From: a bacterium | GTDB taxonomy: Bacteria > Bacillota > Clostridia > Eubacteriales > Anaerofustaceae | NCBI GenBank assembly: GCA_963619195.1 | Contig: CAVEWD010000001.1 | Location: forward strand, 1 to 29,127 | Length of the DNA stretch: 29,127 nt | Direction: 5' to 3' | Part shown: one piece after another, positions 26,851-29,127 of the stretch | Layout: each line of letters opens with the position of its first letter | Position numbering within the stretch: the stretch's first letter is position 1 | The notes under the pieces: model-generated | Told to the model about the DNA's origin: nothing | Seen by the model: only the letters and a program-made list of their open reading frames with translations | Database searches by the model: none | Position numbers and translations under genes: made by a program

Positions 26851-27787
26851 AAACACCTCAGTGCAGATATTTTACAAAATGATGAAATCCCGTCTTTTTG
26901 AAGAAATGTGCGTTAGGCTCAAAGAAAAAGGTTTCATTGCAGATGAACTTCACCTTTCCTACGGACAAGAAGGAATTTGTGCCAGTGTGTGCGCGTTAAG
27001 TGTTAATGACTACATATTCTCCTCACACAGAAGCATTGCTGTGGGCATTGCTGCAAATTTAGATGAAACCGCTCTTTTTACAGAGCTTTTGGGAATAAAG
27101 GAAGGAACATGCGGTGGTAGAAGCGGAATAAGTTCCATAGCAAACAGACGCCAAAACTTTTTTGGAGCTTCCCCTCTTTTGGGAGCAGCATTTTCAAAGG
27201 CTGTGGGAGCAGCCCTTGCGTTAAAACTGAAAAATGAAAACAGATCTGTTATATGCTATGCAGGCGACGGAGCAGCCTCCACGGGGCAGTTTTACGAGGC
27301 TCTTAACTTGGCCGCATTAAAGAAACTTTCAATCGTGTTTTTCATTGAAAACAACTGCTATGCAGGAAGGCTCAGAGCAGATGAAGCAAACAATGTGGCA
27401 GATATTGCCACCAGAGCCAAGGGATTTGATTTAACAGGAATAATCACTGATGGAAATAGTCCAGCTGATGTTTACACAGCCACCTTGCAAGCACTGGAAT
27501 ATGCAAAACAAAATTCCTGCCCCGTGATACTGGAGGCTAAAACCTACCGATTAGCCGGGCACTACTACAACGAAATTCAGAACTACCGAAGCGAAGATGA
27601 AGCCAAAGCTTGGCTGAAATACGACCCAATCGAAAATCATGTTCAATATATGATAAATCAAGGCATGGGCAAGTTGGAGGACTTCATTCTACTAAGAAGC
27701 AAAATAAAGGATGAAATTGACCGCGCTGCAGATAAAGCATTAGACCAATTATCATATCAAAGCATTTCATCAAGGGTGGAGGCATAA
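26837..27787 (+). CDS. 2-oxoacid/acetoin dehydrogenase E1 alpha-like subunit (divergent)
   Basis: R.FEE, HLSYGQEG, ThDP motif GDGA...ENN.YA, DGN, TYR..GH, DPI. AAGGAG RBS spacing favours ATG 26837 over 26831; overlaps the ispD end. Confidence 0.88.
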   Translation: MQLNENTSVQIFYKMMKSRLFEEMCVRLKEKGFIADELHLSYGQEGICASVCALSVNDYIFSSHRSIAVGIAANLDETALFTELLGIKEGTCGGRSGISSIANRRQNFFGASPLLGAAFSKAVGAALALKLKNENRSVICYAGDGAASTGQFYEALNLAALKKLSIVFFIENNCYAGRLRADEANNVADIATRAKGFDLTGIITDGNSPADVYTATLQALEYAKQNSCPVILEAKTYRLAGHYYNEIQNYRSEDEAKAWLKYDPIENHVQYMINQGMGKLEDFILLRSKIKDEIDRAADKALDQLSYQSISSRVEA

Positions 27788-27789
27788 AA

Positions 27790-28752
27790 ATGAGTTTTGC
27801 ATACGCGAAGGCAATAAGCAGTGCACTTATATCAAAAATGTATAAAGATGGCGACATCATTGTTATGGGACCTTCCGTTTTCACCTCCGGCAGATACGGC
27901 GAAACCGAAGGCATAGCTCAGAAATTTCCCACCAGAATTATTGAGTGCGGAATTGATGACGATGCAAATGTAAGAGCGGCTTTAGGCATGGCCATGGTGG
28001 GAATGCGTCCGGCGGTATTTGTGAACGGCAAATATTTATTTCGAATAATGGATGCTTTAGTGAATGAAGCTGCCTTAACAGATGAAATTTACAACTCTCA
28101 ATTCCCGTCAAATATGGTAATTTTGGCGGATGTGGGCGCAATGCCTGGAAGAAGCGCGCAGGAGAACTTTCTTTTTGAAGGACTATTTTGTGCAGTTCCA
28201 AATCTTAAAGTGGTGTATCCGTCAAGCGCTGAAGATGCCAATTTAATTTTAAAGGATTCCCTCGACCAAGACGGTCCTGTGCTATTTTTGATGAATGAGA
28301 AACTTCTAAGAGAAGAAGGAGAGTTCACCAAAAGCGAAGATGTCATGTTTTTAGGGCAGGCAAATGTTGTAAAGGAAGGAGACTTTGCCACCATAATCAC
28401 CTATGGGCCAATGGTAAAGGAAGCAGTTTTAGCAGCACAAACCGCCCAGAGAGCATCAATTGAATGCGAAATAATTGACTTAGTCACCTTAAGTCCAATA
28501 GATACGGCAGCAATCGTTCGCTCCGTTAAAAAAACAGGCAGAGTTATAATTGCCCATGAAGGCCACAAAACCTGTGGATTGGGCGCAGAAATAAATGCGT
28601 TAATTACAGAAAGTTCTGCCTTTGACTATTTAGAAAGACCAATAATGAGGGTTTGCGGCAAAGATGCACCTTTGAGCTACAACGAAGAGTCATACAATAG
28701 CTGCATTCCAAGTTGGAATGATATATACGAAGCCATAGCGCAGTTGGCATAA
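27790..28752 (+). CDS. 2-oxoacid/acetoin dehydrogenase E1 beta-like subunit (active-site motifs degenerate)
   Basis: Conserved PNLKVVYPS, G.A.VVKEG...TIITYG.MV, EIIDL.TL.PID, SVKKTGRVII.HE, G.GAEI, FDYLE.PI.RV...D.P; GGAGG RBS. Confidence 0.88.
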   Translation: MSFAYAKAISSALISKMYKDGDIIVMGPSVFTSGRYGETEGIAQKFPTRIIECGIDDDANVRAALGMAMVGMRPAVFVNGKYLFRIMDALVNEAALTDEIYNSQFPSNMVILADVGAMPGRSAQENFLFEGLFCAVPNLKVVYPSSAEDANLILKDSLDQDGPVLFLMNEKLLREEGEFTKSEDVMFLGQANVVKEGDFATIITYGPMVKEAVLAAQTAQRASIECEIIDLVTLSPIDTAAIVRSVKKTGRVIIAHEGHKTCGLGAEINALITESSAFDYLERPIMRVCGKDAPLSYNEESYNSCIPSWNDIYEAIAQLA

Positions 28753-28787
28753 CGACATAATTTTACCATTGAAATTAGGGAGGAAAA

Positions 28788-29127
28788 ATGGAAGAAACAA
28801 ACAGAGTAAAGGCATCTCCTGCCATAAGGAAGATTGCGAAACAGTACAATATCGACTTAAATGAAATAGTTGGCACAGGAGAAGGCGGAAGAATAGAGGC
28901 TGAAAACATTGAAAGCTACCTGCTGAATAGAAGGCATCTATCATTTTCGCAAATGGCCGAAGGCGATAAAAAAAATTTAGATGATGCCATAGACACGAAT
29001 GAAGCTGATGAATATGCTTCATATATGGACAAAAGCCTTATGGATTCTGAAGCAGAGGAAAGCAGTAACGAAAAGCCAAACTACGATGAAGAAGACTATG
29101 GTATTTCATTTTTAGGAGATGATATAG
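28788..29127 (+). CDS. E2-like protein starting with an E1/E3-binding (PSBD) domain; truncated by window edge, absent from ORF track
   Basis: AGGGAGG RBS, ATG 28788: MEETNRVKASPAIRKIAKQYNIDLNEIVGTGEGGRIEAENIESYL, then an acidic tract; open to the window end. Confidence 0.85.
   Translation, partial: MEETNRVKASPAIRKIAKQYNIDLNEIVGTGEGGRIEAENIESYLLNRRHLSFSQMAEGDKKNLDDAIDTNEADEYASYMDKSLMDSEAEESSNEKPNYDEEDYGISFLGDDI

Noticed and set aside
28690..29022. 110-aa minus-strand track ORF
   Set aside because: Antisense to the PSBD-containing gene, which has a strong RBS and a recognisable domain.
1..29127. CRISPR array, tRNA/rRNA, IS or integrase
   Set aside because: No periodic repeat-spacer pattern, cloverleaf, transposase or recombinase motifs seen; nearly all sequence is explained by CDSs.

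Overview
AT-rich bacterial chromosomal window that looks like a Clostridia-type Firmicute (AGGAGG RBSs, extended -10 promoters, DegV, BrnQ, clostripain, a sortase-type sorting signal). It holds about 27 genes. I found no rRNA, tRNA, CRISPR array, transposase or integrase. Left to right: a PhoR/PhoB-like two-component pair (kinase cut off at the window edge) behind a NagD-like HAD phosphatase; apbE; a co-oriented SNF2 ATPase - membrane protein - GNAT - amidase run; a SIMPL protein; a cell-wall-anchored SHIRT/B-repeat protein; an EamA transporter; a membrane-anchored XRE regulator with degV; an Fe-S aldo/keto reductase; brnQ; a coupled hypothetical + Sel1-repeat pair; a PHP-rseC-ung operon; a small membrane protein; a degenerate GIY-YIG-like ORF; a membrane-anchored clostripain; and ispD coupled to 2-oxoacid-dehydrogenase-like E1alpha/E1beta/E2 genes. 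The most notable observation is that this last module has intact ORFs, but E1beta appears to have lost the ThDP-activating Glu and the catalytic His, and the E2-like protein starts at the E1/E3-binding domain with no lipoyl domain. This suggests a repurposed, possibly non-catalytic complex. Also notable are a shared GGACA-N10-TAnAAT promoter motif before two accessory loci and a candidate structured RNA with terminator/antiterminator potential at 22715-22885. All family calls come from manual motif recognition; no searches were run.
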